A DNA stretch of 64,000 nucleotides from Ylistrum balloti (Eukaryota), in the NCBI RefSeq assembly GCF_031769215.1, contig NW_026781870.1:930001-994000 (forward strand), read 5' to 3'. Shown one piece after another: positions 1-13,100 of the stretch. Within the stretch, counting starts at the first letter, position 1, and the number at the start of each line of letters is the position of its first letter. A program made the position numbers and the translations under genes. Below the pieces are notes generated by a model. It made no database searches. It saw only the letters and a program-made list of their open reading frames with translations, and was not told the origin of the DNA.

Positions 1-808
1 AGTTTGAGTAAACTTACAACAACATGTCTAGATATTTCATATTTCTGTCACATAGTTCTTGGTGTTAGACAAGTAGTTGACCTCATTCACGATTAAAAGA
101 AATTTATACCAGTTACAAATGTTATGACCAACATTTATTTTTTCTTACTTACACAAAAGACTTTATTTTAAAGTATGTAATTATTGTAAAGTAATACCTG
201 ATTCTTTGTTAATAATAGTTGGTTACTGAAATTTCAAATTGTTACTGTGCTTCAACAAAAAATTACATGGAGATAGGGCGGGGATCTTCTTTTTCAAAAT
301 CTTTGTGATATATCTATTATTAGAAAGTGGACATGCCAAATCAATTCCGCTGTGAACAGCTGTATCATTTTGTATAAAGTGAATGGTTTGCCTGACATGG
401 AATATATTGAAATTAAAATGAAATGAATGAAAGAGGTTTCAGAAGAAATGTGTAGAAATTTGTAAAATCATTATATGGTTACAAGATAGTGCCAGACATT
501 TATAACAGGCTATTCTGAGAATCGGTTTTTTGCATCATTGACCTTTGAAAATGTACAGATCAGATGGGACCTTAGATAGGATATTCATCATGTGCTAAGA
601 AAAAAGGAAATAGAATTTTAAGTAAATCTTATGTTTGATAATGGAAGAAATATGAGTAGAAATTGGCAATGATAGTTTTAAATTGGTGTAAGATATACAA
701 GGTAGCCTATTATAAAAATTGGAAAGAAACAATATACAAAAGTTAAAAACTAAAGTTGATCTTAAAACATTTAATGCATATTTATTAATCTATAATTTTC
801 CATTTTAG

Positions 809-3800
809 GAATTCCATGTGGCCTATGTGTTCATCAAGATGGCTAACTCTCCACGTCCAGGAGTCTGGGCTCTGGAACGCTCTGTGGACAATGGAGAGAC
901 CTGGAAGCCTTGGCAATACTTTGCAGACACAGCCAGCGATTGTAACAAGTTCTTTGCTGTGGAAGCTGACACTAAATTGGTCGCTGACGATTCTGTCATC
1001 TGTGCTACTCAGTTTTCTAAAATTGTACCTCTTGTTAATGGAGAGGTAAGTATTTTCTAAAGTTTGTAATACTTTCTTAGGACTAGTTGAGCAGGTATGA
1101 TTGACCAAAAAAATACTGCATTATTTTAGATATTAGTATATGTGTCTACTAAAGCATTTTACTTTTCACTTTCACTTTGAAACAAATGCTCATTTATCCA
1201 TGGGGGTAGATCATGTTGGAAAATTTAAACAACTTCTCAATAACCAAAATGCCCTGGGTGTTGATATTAGCCCTGTAGCATGCTGGGATGAAGGGCTGCC
1301 AAGATGTTTGTCCTTTTTATTGACCTTGACCTACTTTCATACATTCAAGGTCATTGAAGTCAAATATGTTTAAATCTTTAAACTACTTCTCAATAATAAA
1401 AATGTTCAAGCTGTTGATATTGGTTTTTTAACATAAGTGGATAAAGGGATATCAATTTATTCAGCTAATTGACCTTGACTTATCATGAAGGTTTCTTTGG
1501 TCAAATGGTTGAGATTACAAAAGTTTTTCAACAGGTTCAGAGTAATGGCATTTTTGTAGTAGCATGTATAAAGAATATGATTTCAAGATTGCAGAAAATT
1601 TTTCTATGAACCAACAAGGTCAAATTGGTCAATTAATTTTAGGCCTATTTGGCCTGTTATATGTACAGGTCTTTACAGTCAGATGACCGTTGCTGCCTGT
1701 AGGCTCTTGTATTCTAATTTTGATATCACTTGGATCGAAATATTTTCTAGAGGTATTGACAGAACGGATGAGAGAGAAAAATCTAGCTATTGGTAACATG
1801 TGTGATTTCCCTGGCTTATGTACGGAAAGTTACTGTTTAAAAGGAATACTGTGTTATTTAAAGACTTTTAGAACTAGAATTATAGATGTAAATTATAAAC
1901 CTGGATAGTGAAAACACTTGTCTTTGTTGAAATTATCCTTCTAGAATTCAGATTTGGACAGGTAAAAATCTTTAGATAAAATCCATGACATTTAATACTT
2001 TACAAGAAGGTAAAATTACCTTCTGTCAGAATAAAGAGACAAATTCTGTGGTTTTCTAAGGTCATCTTTCTACCTCAGATAACATTGTAACTTAAGAAAA
2101 CATTGAACCCTGAGGCTCACATGTCATGTGGCCTCAAATGACCACCGTCAATAGCAATAGATGGGACAACAGTCTTTTCATTTCATTGAAAAACCACTGA
2201 CTCGGCAGAACAGTTTTTATAGGTTATTATTCATACTAAGTTGTCCTTTAAACTAGGTCATATGGTAAGAGTAGAAACCTGCTATGTTTGGGATAAAGCC
2301 CTCATGTAAATTTATACAAAATAGGTCAGTTGTCAATTATAAAAATGATGAAATTGAAGATAGCTTAATATTGTTGTATTTACTATATATAGCCCTGTAT
2401 GTACGAAATAAATATGCAGGATTTTCTAAAGTTAGATTTTTTTTCTTTTCATTTTTATTGGCCGAATTGCACATAGGATCTTTGTAGGATATTTCTTATA
2501 TATGTTTAAGATGTGCACCTCCTATTATGGATTCATTGCGGACATTTTCTCGGATTTTCGGGGCTTTGGAACTTAGTTATTTTCTGCAGTTTGGCAGGGA
2601 AAAGGGTTACCAGTTTTGTAGAATCAACTCCTCCTAGAGTTTTTGACATAGAAGCATGAAACATTGTAGAATATTTTTATATATGTTGAAGATGTGCACC
2701 TATTAATTAAGAATTCATTCCGGACGTTTTTTCTTGATTTTCCGGGCTTTGGAACTAAGACATTTTCAACAGTCTGGCATGGAAAATTCAAGATGGCAGC
2801 TTTTGCCTCTCATTGGTCGAGATGTTGTTTTGAGCGTGATAACCTCTCATTGGCTGAAACGTTGTTTTGAACATGATATATAACATTGCACTCATCCTGC
2901 AACCCGGCCAATTGTGGCTTTGCCCCATTTTTTTCACTTATGATTTGATGAAGGAAGATGTTTCTGTTGATTGTAAACATCAAATATATTTAACAATTTA
3001 CATATAATGAGGTGTTATTAATTTCAAGGAGTTACTGTAGTTTATAAACTGGTAAATAATCTAGAAGACAAAACTCAGAAATAAGAAGAAATGGAAAGAA
3101 AAAAAAAATCCAAGAAAAAAACTCCAATAAAGGCCGAACTTAACCCAAAATTGTAACTTTAATTTTTAACTGAAAACCGTGATTATTTTGATATAGCAAA
3201 TTACAACAAAAGAAAGGGGTGCAAATCGTAGCTAGAAAAATAAGGCACTTGGGTAGAAATGTTATCTTTTTAATTTTGATCTACTAGTTTATTTTCTTCA
3301 TGCAACTTTCATTCTAAGAAAATAATTACTGTCTTCTTTTTCACCAGATTGTCGTGTCTCTTGTGAACAACCGTCCAAATGCCATGAATTTCTCTTATGC
3401 GGAGACACTTCAGGAATGGACCAAGGCAACCAATGTAAGGCTACGTCTGATCCGAACAAAAACACTGCTAGGACATCTGATGGCTGTCGCACGTCAGGAC
3501 CCAACTACAACTCGTAGAGTAAGTATACGACTCATATCCTTGGTGAATTTGTTTAAAAATTACTGTAAATGTAAAAGTTTTTTTTTTTTTTTTTTGCAAA
3601 TATTGTATATATGTAAGGATATTCTGTTAATGTTTGTCTTAGTTTAATTGTTTGTGTCAATAACCATGAAATGCTTTGACTTTGAAAGGCATCGAATATG
3701 AAAACATAATTATATACTGTTTGTTTTTCTGAATTATAAACTTTGGCTATATCATAAAAATGAAACCCTGCCATATAGGACCATTAATCAATTGTGAAAG

Positions 3801-4194
3801 AAGATTTAGGGATAGATTAGATTTTTTAATATATGTCTTTGAAAGATATTTGTCAAAGAGTTTTCTTAAAATTCTTAAAAATGTTAAAGTTTGCCATTGA
3901 TAAACGGTTACAGGTGATGCCATGATGACGACTTCTGTTACTGGTTAAACTCCTAATATTATCTCTTGTGTGTATTATAGTACTACTACAGTATCAAAGA
4001 TATTTCTATTGGTGGGCGATGTGTGTGTAACGGTCACGCTGAGAGTTGTGTTAGGAGTGACTCTGCAAATCCGAACAAGCTTGTTTGCCAGTGTGAACAC
4101 AATACATGTGGCGACCAGTGTGATCGCTGTTGTCCCAATGCCATACAGAAAAAATGGCAACCTGGACGTGTAGACAAGGTTTTTCAGTGTGAAG
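809..4194 (+). CDS. Laminin alpha exons: C-terminal part of LN domain and LE1
   Basis: Exons 809-1045, 3348-3518, 3981-4194; AG/GT boundaries; phases 0,0,1. Confidence 0.95.
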
Positions 4195-7100
4195 GTAAGT
4201 GATGTGGGTTGTAAAAGTTGTCTCCCTTCGATAGTAAAGCGTTCTTAATATATTTGTAGAAAGTTAATATATTGATACAAATACACCAAGAAATCAATAT
4301 TCTGATTGTTGTGTGACATGACCACGTAAGCTGTGTAGATAAAACTGATTTGTGTTTATTTTTGTAGCCTGCCAGTGTTACAGACACAGTGACGAGTGTA
4401 TCTATGATGAGGAAGTGGATAAACTGGGACAGAGTATCGACATTCATGGTGACTACATTGGAGGTGGTGTCTGTCAGAACTGTAGGGTAAATACAGATTT
4501 ACTATCGTCATTTGATTTGAATACTTAAAATTAGATGATCTTGTAGAATTTTTGTAAATGAAAGAAATGGAAAAAAATAAACACTCAGAAACCATGATCT
4601 CAAGTTCAGACATTTGTGATAAGGAAGAGAAATGTGTGGTGAAAATTCAGAAGTTGCTGTAGGTATGAAAAGTGTCCTTTTCATCCAAAGTTCTAAATAT
4701 GTTCCTGTCAAGAATTAAAGATGCTTTTCAGTCCTTATATCCTCTTTATCAAAGCTAGAATAAGGTTAGTGTTAAGGCTGGTACTAAGATCTGACACTTG
4801 CTTATTGCAGCATAACACAATGGGTGTCAACTGTAACGAATGTGTGCCAGGTTACTACAATCCCTATGGTGTACCACTCGACTCACCAGAGGCCTGTGTC
4901 CGTAAGTATCACACTTTTCATTAAGGCAGTTTATTACCTTTATATACAAAAGAGTTCTTCACTTATAAGCCATTAAAAGGTGGTTTTGACACCAGATAAT
5001 GATAAAATTTTACATAATGTTTAGAAATGCTCATGCTATCATTAAACTTTGTGGATTGTTGTGGACATTTTCAACATCTATAATTATATTTATACAGTCT
5101 AACATTTTTATCTTGAACTCATATAATTCAAAGACCCTCTTTATGAATTTTGTTGGTCCCAGTCAAACTTCACACTAAACATTTTGAACTCATTTAAATC
5201 AAAAACTCAGATCACTTGAGGTTTTCCTGCGCTTCGCCGACTTTGAGATAACGCGGTTCGAATGCATATGTGGAATGTTGTTTCTATGCAATTTATGATA
5301 AAAGCTACTGGTAACATTGTTCATCTAATTATTAGTTTTGAAGTTTTATAAAACACTCACAAGATGCTTTAACCAAATCATGATTGACAACAGATACTAG
5401 GATTGAATTGATAAAGATGGTGTTTAAAATTGGTTTTTCATCAAATGAATGATTACCACTAAATGTACAACCCCATGGACTTATTGTTATTGACTGTGAT
5501 GTGTTCCAGCTTGTGTGTGTGAAGGTCAGAAATACACCGGGGAGTGTGAGGCGGGTACAGGGCGATGTCAGTGTAGTAAGGAATACACAGGTCTCGACTG
5601 TGACAGGTAAGGCCTTACAGGATTGGATAGATATTGGTTGTAGGATACAGCAAACAGGTCAAAGGTCAAGAATAGATTTCCATCAGATATTGATACGAGT
5701 GCTACAGATCATACAAGCAGTTTTATTTGATTGGGTCATTTTGTTGTTACAGTTGTAGTTTTGGTTACTATGGCTACCCAGACTGTATACCATGTGACTG
5801 CCATCTGAACGGTACAGAGGGGACAGTGTGTACTGTGGGTGGAGGACAGTGTCCCTGTAAAGAGGAGTATGTTGGACAGCGTTGCGACATGTGTGCTTTT
5901 GGTTTCTACAATTTTCCCACTTGTGAACGTAAGTAAAATATTGATTCTTTGTATGACCTTTCAGGTTATTTTTATCAAATAAAATCACCTTTTGAAATTT
6001 TAAGGTATATCAACACAAAATAAGAAAGTAGAATTTGTCTGTAGAACATGGATGCCTTGAGTGTCTTGTAAAGTATTTTAATGATTTTCAATAAATAGAA
6101 TGGTGACCTTGACCATGAAACCCTGAAACAATCATTACAGTAATGAAAATAGTAAAAGATACTGCATAACAGTACTTGTACACAACTTCATCAACAAAAC
6201 TTCAACAAGGATTGAGTGAGAAAATAACAATATTCTATCTGTTACAGCATGCAAATGTGATTCAACCGGGTCCACCAGTAATGTGTGTGATGTGGAAACT
6301 GGACAGTGTCAATGCCATCCCAACTACTCAGGATTAGAATGTAACCAGTGTGCCAATGGATACTACAACTACCCAGAGTGTAGAGGTCAGTAGGTCAACT
6401 ACCCAGAGTATAGAGGTCAGTAGGTCAACTTTCCAGATTGTAGAGGTCAGTATGTCAATATCCCAGAGTGAAGTGATCAATTAGTCATTGTGCCACAGTA
6501 TATTGGTCAGTAGGTCAACTACCCAGAGTGTGGAGGTCAGTAGGCCAACTACCCAGAGTTTAGAGGTCAGTAGGTCAACTACCCAGAGTGTATTGGTGAG
6601 AAGGTCAGTTGCCCAGAGTGTATCGGTCAATAGGTCAGCTATCCAAAGTGTTGAGGTCAGTAGGTCAACTACCCAGAGTGTAGAGATCAGTCGGTCAACT
6701 ACCCAGAGTGTAGAGGTCAGTAGGTCAACTACCCAGAGTGTAGAGGTCAGTAGGTCAACTACCCAGAGTGTAGAGGTCAGTAGGTCAACTACACAGAGTG
6801 TAGAGGTCAGTAGGTCAACTACCCAGAGTGTAGAGGTCAGTAGATCATATTAGATTTTATGTTAGCTTCTTAATGTACAATTGTTGTTATTCTGACTCGG
6901 GGGTTTGTTTTTCAGAGTGTGACTGTGTAGCGGCGGGTACAGAGGAGGCCATTTGTGACAAGGAGACAGGAGAATGTCTTTGTAAGGATAACTACCAGTT
7001 TCCTCGCTGTGACCGCTGTGCTCCAGAGTACTATGGATTTCCACTGTGTCAAGGTAAGTCCCTACACAGTCAGACAACTTGTGATCTCGTAACATACAAA

Positions 7101-10100
7101 GACATTGAGAAACCTTAAGTCAGATAAGAAATGTTTTGAGGATAAAATGTTTGACAAAATAAATTTAAATGGATGTTACACAGCATTAGATGGGAAAATG
7201 GTCAAACCTGTTTACAAAGGCCTCTTAAGAGAGAAGATAATAATAATCTTTATAGACAGGTGACCCTTATGTACAGGTTCAATCTCAATAACATTATGAT
7301 CAGAGATTAAATTGAGACCAGAAACTTGTGGCATTTATAGACAGGTATGTGATATATAGAGGTGACATTTATAGACATGTATTTACTATGTATATGTGAC
7401 CTTTATAGACAGGTATTTGTTACATACAGGTGGCCATTAAGGCATGTTAACCTGTAGCATCAAAAAGCTACAGAAAGCTGACCTTTAACTACAGCCTGTG
7501 TCATTCTCAATTAAATATGGGTACTGTAATGTTTAGTATAGATTTAGTGTTGATTTGAAATATAAAAACTTACATTTTTAATTGTGATGTTTTGTATAAC
7601 AGAATGTCAGTGTGCAGACCCTGGTTCCTATAGTAAAGTGTGTCGAGAGGATGGCCAGTGTGCCTGTAGTACCAACTTTGCTGGATATCAGTGTAATCGA
7701 TGTGCAACCGGCTTTTACCGCTATCCAGAGTGTAGACGTGAGTATTCTAGGTGATATCAATAGTGAGTCTGAAATATCAACTGAAATCTTGATATTGAAG
7801 CTTTTAGAGCTATGCTTGCACTGAACAGTATGAGAGAGAATGAAGACTAGAGAATCAAAGATGTAAAGATATAGGTATTTTGTATATGTTGTAGAGAGAT
7901 TTGTGTTAACATACAAATTTTATAGTTGTTTCTCCTTCCAAGTTAGTGAACGTTTTGTGAGATTCATGTTTGTCATTATGTGGTATCTACTTCAGCTTGT
8001 GAATGCGACTTGTACGGAGCCATTGGACAGTCCTGCGACCAGCTGTCTGGGCAATGTGAATGTGCTCCTACATTTGAGGGGCTCATGTGTAGCAAGTGTA
8101 AAGATGGATTTTACAACTACCCAAACTGTGAAGGTAGGCCTAGAAATAATCAACATACTTAATTATACTGATTATAATCCTGAGTGGATTTCTTTCAATG
8201 ATTCTTGGGATTTTTTTATGATAGAAGATTTCAAGAAGAATATTGTTTGTGCCTGTAACCTTAGTTACCAGTCGTGAGAACTGTATTACTTTCCATGCTG
8301 AATGCTAGGCTAATTTTGTCCACTAAAAAGTTGTCATTCAGTAGTGAAAAATGTTTTAAATTTCCACATAGTGTACTTCCCCTATGTATGCTTTTTTGAT
8401 GAATTTCCCCCATTACTTAGGGGATGGTCAGTGTGACTTCAAATGAGCTGTAAGGCTTTTGTGTTTTTTAGAGTGTAACTGTAACCCTGCTGGAGCTAAG
8501 GAGATTCCAGGCTTCCCCTTGGGGGGCTGTGGTGTGGTGACACGTGGCTTGTTGTGTGAGTGTAAGGAGAAAGTGATGGGACGAATCTGTGACCAGTGTA
8601 AACCAGGCTACTACAATCTCAACAGGAACAACCCACAAGGATGTCAAGGTGAGTGTTGGTGTCAGAGGTCAGTCAACAGACTGTTAAATGGGGTCAAGGT
8701 CAGTGTACAAACTGTTAGAAGGGGCCAAGGTCAGTGCACAGACAATTAAAGGGTCAAGGTTAATTTACAGACGCTTAAAAGGGATCACTTGTTCTGGATA
8801 AGGTCCTGATTTTTAGGATGCTTCTAATTTCAATAACTTTAGGGCCAACTGTAGCATTTCAGGAAATCTTTCATGGCCTTTCAGGGTTTTGGTCTATCGA
8901 TTTTTACTTGCTAAAGATAGTTGATAGTAAAATGTCAGGAAAACAGTTTATGATGATATTTAATTACTAGCAGGTCAAGGTCTTTGTACTGAGCTTTAGG
9001 TAACAGTGTCAGCTTACTGAAGACTCCAATTTAATTAAATTCTTATCTCCTTGGAGGCAGTGATTGTAGAGAGGATCCAGGATAGTAAAATAATCTACAG
9101 GGAGTTCAAAGTGTACAAACCTACCGGGTCAAGGTCAGTACACTGACCTATCCTACAAACCAACAGGGGGAGTCAAGGTCAGTGTACTGACCTACAGGGG
9201 GAGTCAAGGTCAGTGTACTGACCTATCCTACAAACCTACAGGGGGAGTCAAAGTCGGTGTACTGACCTACAAACCTACAGGGTCAAGGTCAGTGTTCTGA
9301 CCTACAGACTACAAGAGGGGTGGGTCAAGGTCAGTCAACTGATCAATAGTTTATCTCAAAAGTATTGTATGTGTTTATTATTGTTGAATTATTGAATAGA
9401 ACATTGTTTAAACCAAGGTCATTGTACTGATTTATAGGGGTCAAGGATAATTGATCAACCTATATTACGTCATAGGTCATATGGATGAAAGTCTTTGATT
9501 AAATTATATATTCATAGAATTTGTAGTAGAATTTTAAAGAATTGAATGGTAAATTGAATTGTTTTCTATGTTAAATAATGTTTTTAAGGTGTGATGCGGC
9601 AGAATAAACAAGGATGTAACCATATGAATGGCATGATAATCTATGTAACATCCAAACAGGCTGTTCAAAGATTTCTGTAGCATGGACAATTTTGCTCTCA
9701 GTAATTCGAGTCAATAATAGTAAAAGAATAGATGTGATTTTTGTTACCTTTGTTTTCATATACTTCTGTTGATTAAATATTGTGAGTTTTAATGATTGTA
9801 GTCTTAGATAGGCATGTTTATACATCTGCCACTGTTTACTCAATTTTTGCTACGAGTCTTTGCTAAGTGATAAGTTGTTTGTTTATAAGTTGTTGTTTTT
9901 TTTGGAAAGAAAAAATAATCAAAGCATATAAGATTGGAGGTACATAGTACTTTCATGGTTTTTATTCCAGTTGAGCTTTTACATTTTTACATTTTAAAGA
10001 ACGACTTTAAAAACCTTTGTTAAAAAGACTTCCTTCTTGACTTTATTTGTCTTTGAACAACCTGGTTAACAATTAACTTGTCTAACTGTAGAGGTGTTTG

Positions 10101-13100
10101 TAACATTTTCAGCTATACCATTCCGAGGTTGTAAGTAACACATGCACAGTCAAATTATGTGTCACAATGGAATAATGCAGTTATGAGCCTAATTTGATAT
10201 TTGATAATGGTCTGACAAACTTTAGGTTAAGGAGAGGGGAGAGGGAGGTGTAGAAAATATATTTCTAAAGTGAAAGTAAGTGAGAAGAAGTACACATGTA
10301 CTTCTAGCCTAAAAGTGGTATAGTATTGTTCACGTCATGCTTAAAAATTGGAACGTATGTGAGAAATACTGGTGACACACATGATTTGACTGTATGTGCT
10401 AAGGTTCCACGATACGTGGAGACGTGATTCGCTTTTGGAATTATATTGATATATCTTACCACACTGTACTGGCGTATTAACTGTGTGTCCTCTTACAAAT
10501 TCACATGTTATTACAATAGCAGTAGGAGTCCTGTTATTTTTCACAACCAAAATTTTTTTATCTTCTTTATGAACTAATCATTTTCAACCACCCTTGTCAA
10601 TAAAACAAAATTTCAATCTCCTTTGTCAACCAATTATTGTCATGATTTATCTTCTGGAACTGATTATCATAATAATCATTTGATGTTAGATCATTGATCT
10701 CGGTGGAAAGAATTACATTTTACTGGTGAGAATTGGCTAACAATAATCTATGGTGAGAGGAGACAAATCATCGACTATCATCGGACCAGAATCCTTGTTC
10801 GTATGGACCTTTGATTATCATTTGAAATGTAACTATTTTAAGAACCATTGATTAGCCTTAATAACCAATAAGGAGAAAATTATGTGGCAGTTATGTTTAA
10901 ATAATGTTACTCGTTTTTTTATCATTATCTAATTATAAGTTTTTTTTAAAGATACTATTCACTTGTGTGTTTTGTATTGTCCTTCATTGTCAACCATTTT
11001 GTTTGTAGGCTTTTAAATAAAGACACTATGCCTATTGCACTTGATATAGATATCAATACGTGTTGCTTTCAGAAATACTGCCTCCCTTGCCTACCCAACA
11101 TTCCTTGATGTTCACGTAGAAACCTGCTGTCCCATTCATGTGGGTCAGTCCTATTTACATTTGTAGGTTCTATACATCATCATTGTTTTCGCTTTGTGTA
11201 GAGGGAATTGGTAATTACATATACACCGTTAGTAGATTTGTATTTTGAATGTTCTGCAGTATATTATATTAAATGTTCATTGTGTATTATGCTTTTCATA
11301 CCTGGACTACCACAGAGCATTGGTTTAACCCAAGTATTCAAACAGCTTCAATTTTCATATCTTGAGAGATAAATATGCTGGCAAATAGATATTGGATACC
11401 AAATTAACAGCTTATGTGAGGTTAGCAACTGTAACAATTAGCTTATCCCTGGTTACTGAAGAATTTATAATTGGCATACATCTCAACCCCAGGAACAAAA
11501 TTATTATCAAAATCATAGTGTACAATGGTCGTTTATTCTTCTGAATTTTAAGACAATTATCAGACTAATAATTAGTTGGGTTATGTTACCAGTATTCTCA
11601 TCTCTTACAACAGTGTTGATAAGTCAAAATACATCAATGAAATTGAGAATGTAACAAAAAATTAACAATGCAACAATGTAACAAAACATTAAATTGCATG
11701 CTTCATTTTCTGCATGTTTTTTCTATCTTTTTCCAGTGTTCATATGTTAATGAATATTTATGTGATTGGAATATTTTCATGTTCTTCTATTGAACATTTT
11801 TAATATCAATTCCCATGAATATTTATGAGTTAATGTCTCTTCCACAGCCTGTGAGTGCTATGCCCCAGGGACAATGTCCGGTCTAAGTAACTGTGACCCT
11901 GTTGATGGTCAGTGTATGTGTAAGACTAATGCTGGTGGCCGTCGCTGTGACACGTGTCAGCCGGGTTTCTACGGACTCAGCAATGAAAATCCATTTGGAT
12001 GTGTTGGTAAGTGTTTAAATGCAATAAATGTGCAGTAGAATAAACAAATACACAAGAAATCAATTACACTTTCATTTATACAGAAGTAGTTTATGGTAAA
12101 TTGAATTAGAAAATTTGTTTCAGTTAGTGTACTAATCTGACTGTCATCTGTCCTAATTTCCTTAATATTTATTGAATTAAAGAATATAAGAGTGCTTTTT
12201 TCATGATTAATTTTATAGGATTTAAAGGAGACTCCAAAAATTTTCCTCAACATCTGAAATGCTTTTCAGTGGAAAATTTAATTTTTAGGAACTAACCTTT
12301 TGCATGAAATTTCTGACTTTAATTTTAGTTTTGATTCTTGTTTAAAGTGGGACTGTCCAATCAAGTTAGTTTTTTAATTTGGATAATGCAACAGTTTGAC
12401 TGAGATTTTAAGATCTTGGTTATAACACCATGTATGAGCACTTCCTGATGTTGAACTTTTCATGTTGCCATAGTTTAACTGTAGCATTAGGGGATCCAAC
12501 TTTAAAGAATGGAAGCTTTCTAATGTTAGTAGTTTTTAATGTGATATTTTTATTCTGTCCCTCAGAGTGTAACTGTGACATGGGTGGATCAGTGACTCCA
12601 GTCTGTGACAGTATGACCGGCCAGTGCAGATGTAAACCAAGAGTTCGCGGTAAACGTTGTGAAAGGTCAGTAAATCCATGGGTCTTGGTACACGTTGTGA
12701 AAGGTCAGTAAATCCATGGGTCTGGGTAAACGTTGTGAAAGGTCCAACTTGAAAACGTTGTGAAAGCTTTCTAATGTTAGTAGTTTTTTATGTAAATCCA
12801 TGGGTCTGGGTAAACAATGAGAAAAGGTCAGTAAATCCATGGGTGTGGGTAAACGTTGTGAAAGGTCAGTAAATCCATGGGTGTGGGTAAACGTTGTGAA
12901 AGGTCAGTAAATCCATGGGTGTGGGTAAACGTTGTGAAAGGTCAGTAAATCCATGGGTCTGGGTAAACGTTGTGAAAGGTCAGTTAATCCATGGGTGTGG
13001 GTAAACAATGCAAAAGGTCAGTAAATCCATGGGTCTGGGTAAACGTTGTGAAAGGTCAGTAAACCAAAGGTTTTGGGCAAGCAATGCAAAAGGTATGCAA

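Noticed and set aside
6488-6853. 121-aa [10 protein letters not shown] repeat ORF
   Set aside because: Shifted-frame reading of the 30-bp junction repeat.
8690-9340. AGGTCA direct repeats resembling nuclear-receptor elements
   Set aside because: The ggtcaaggtca motif recurs across many repeat fragments in the window and is best explained as repeat-derived.
10690-10725. 36-nt AG...GTGAGA segment in intron 8649-11847
   Set aside because: Poor acceptor and an immediate in-frame TGA; no further support.
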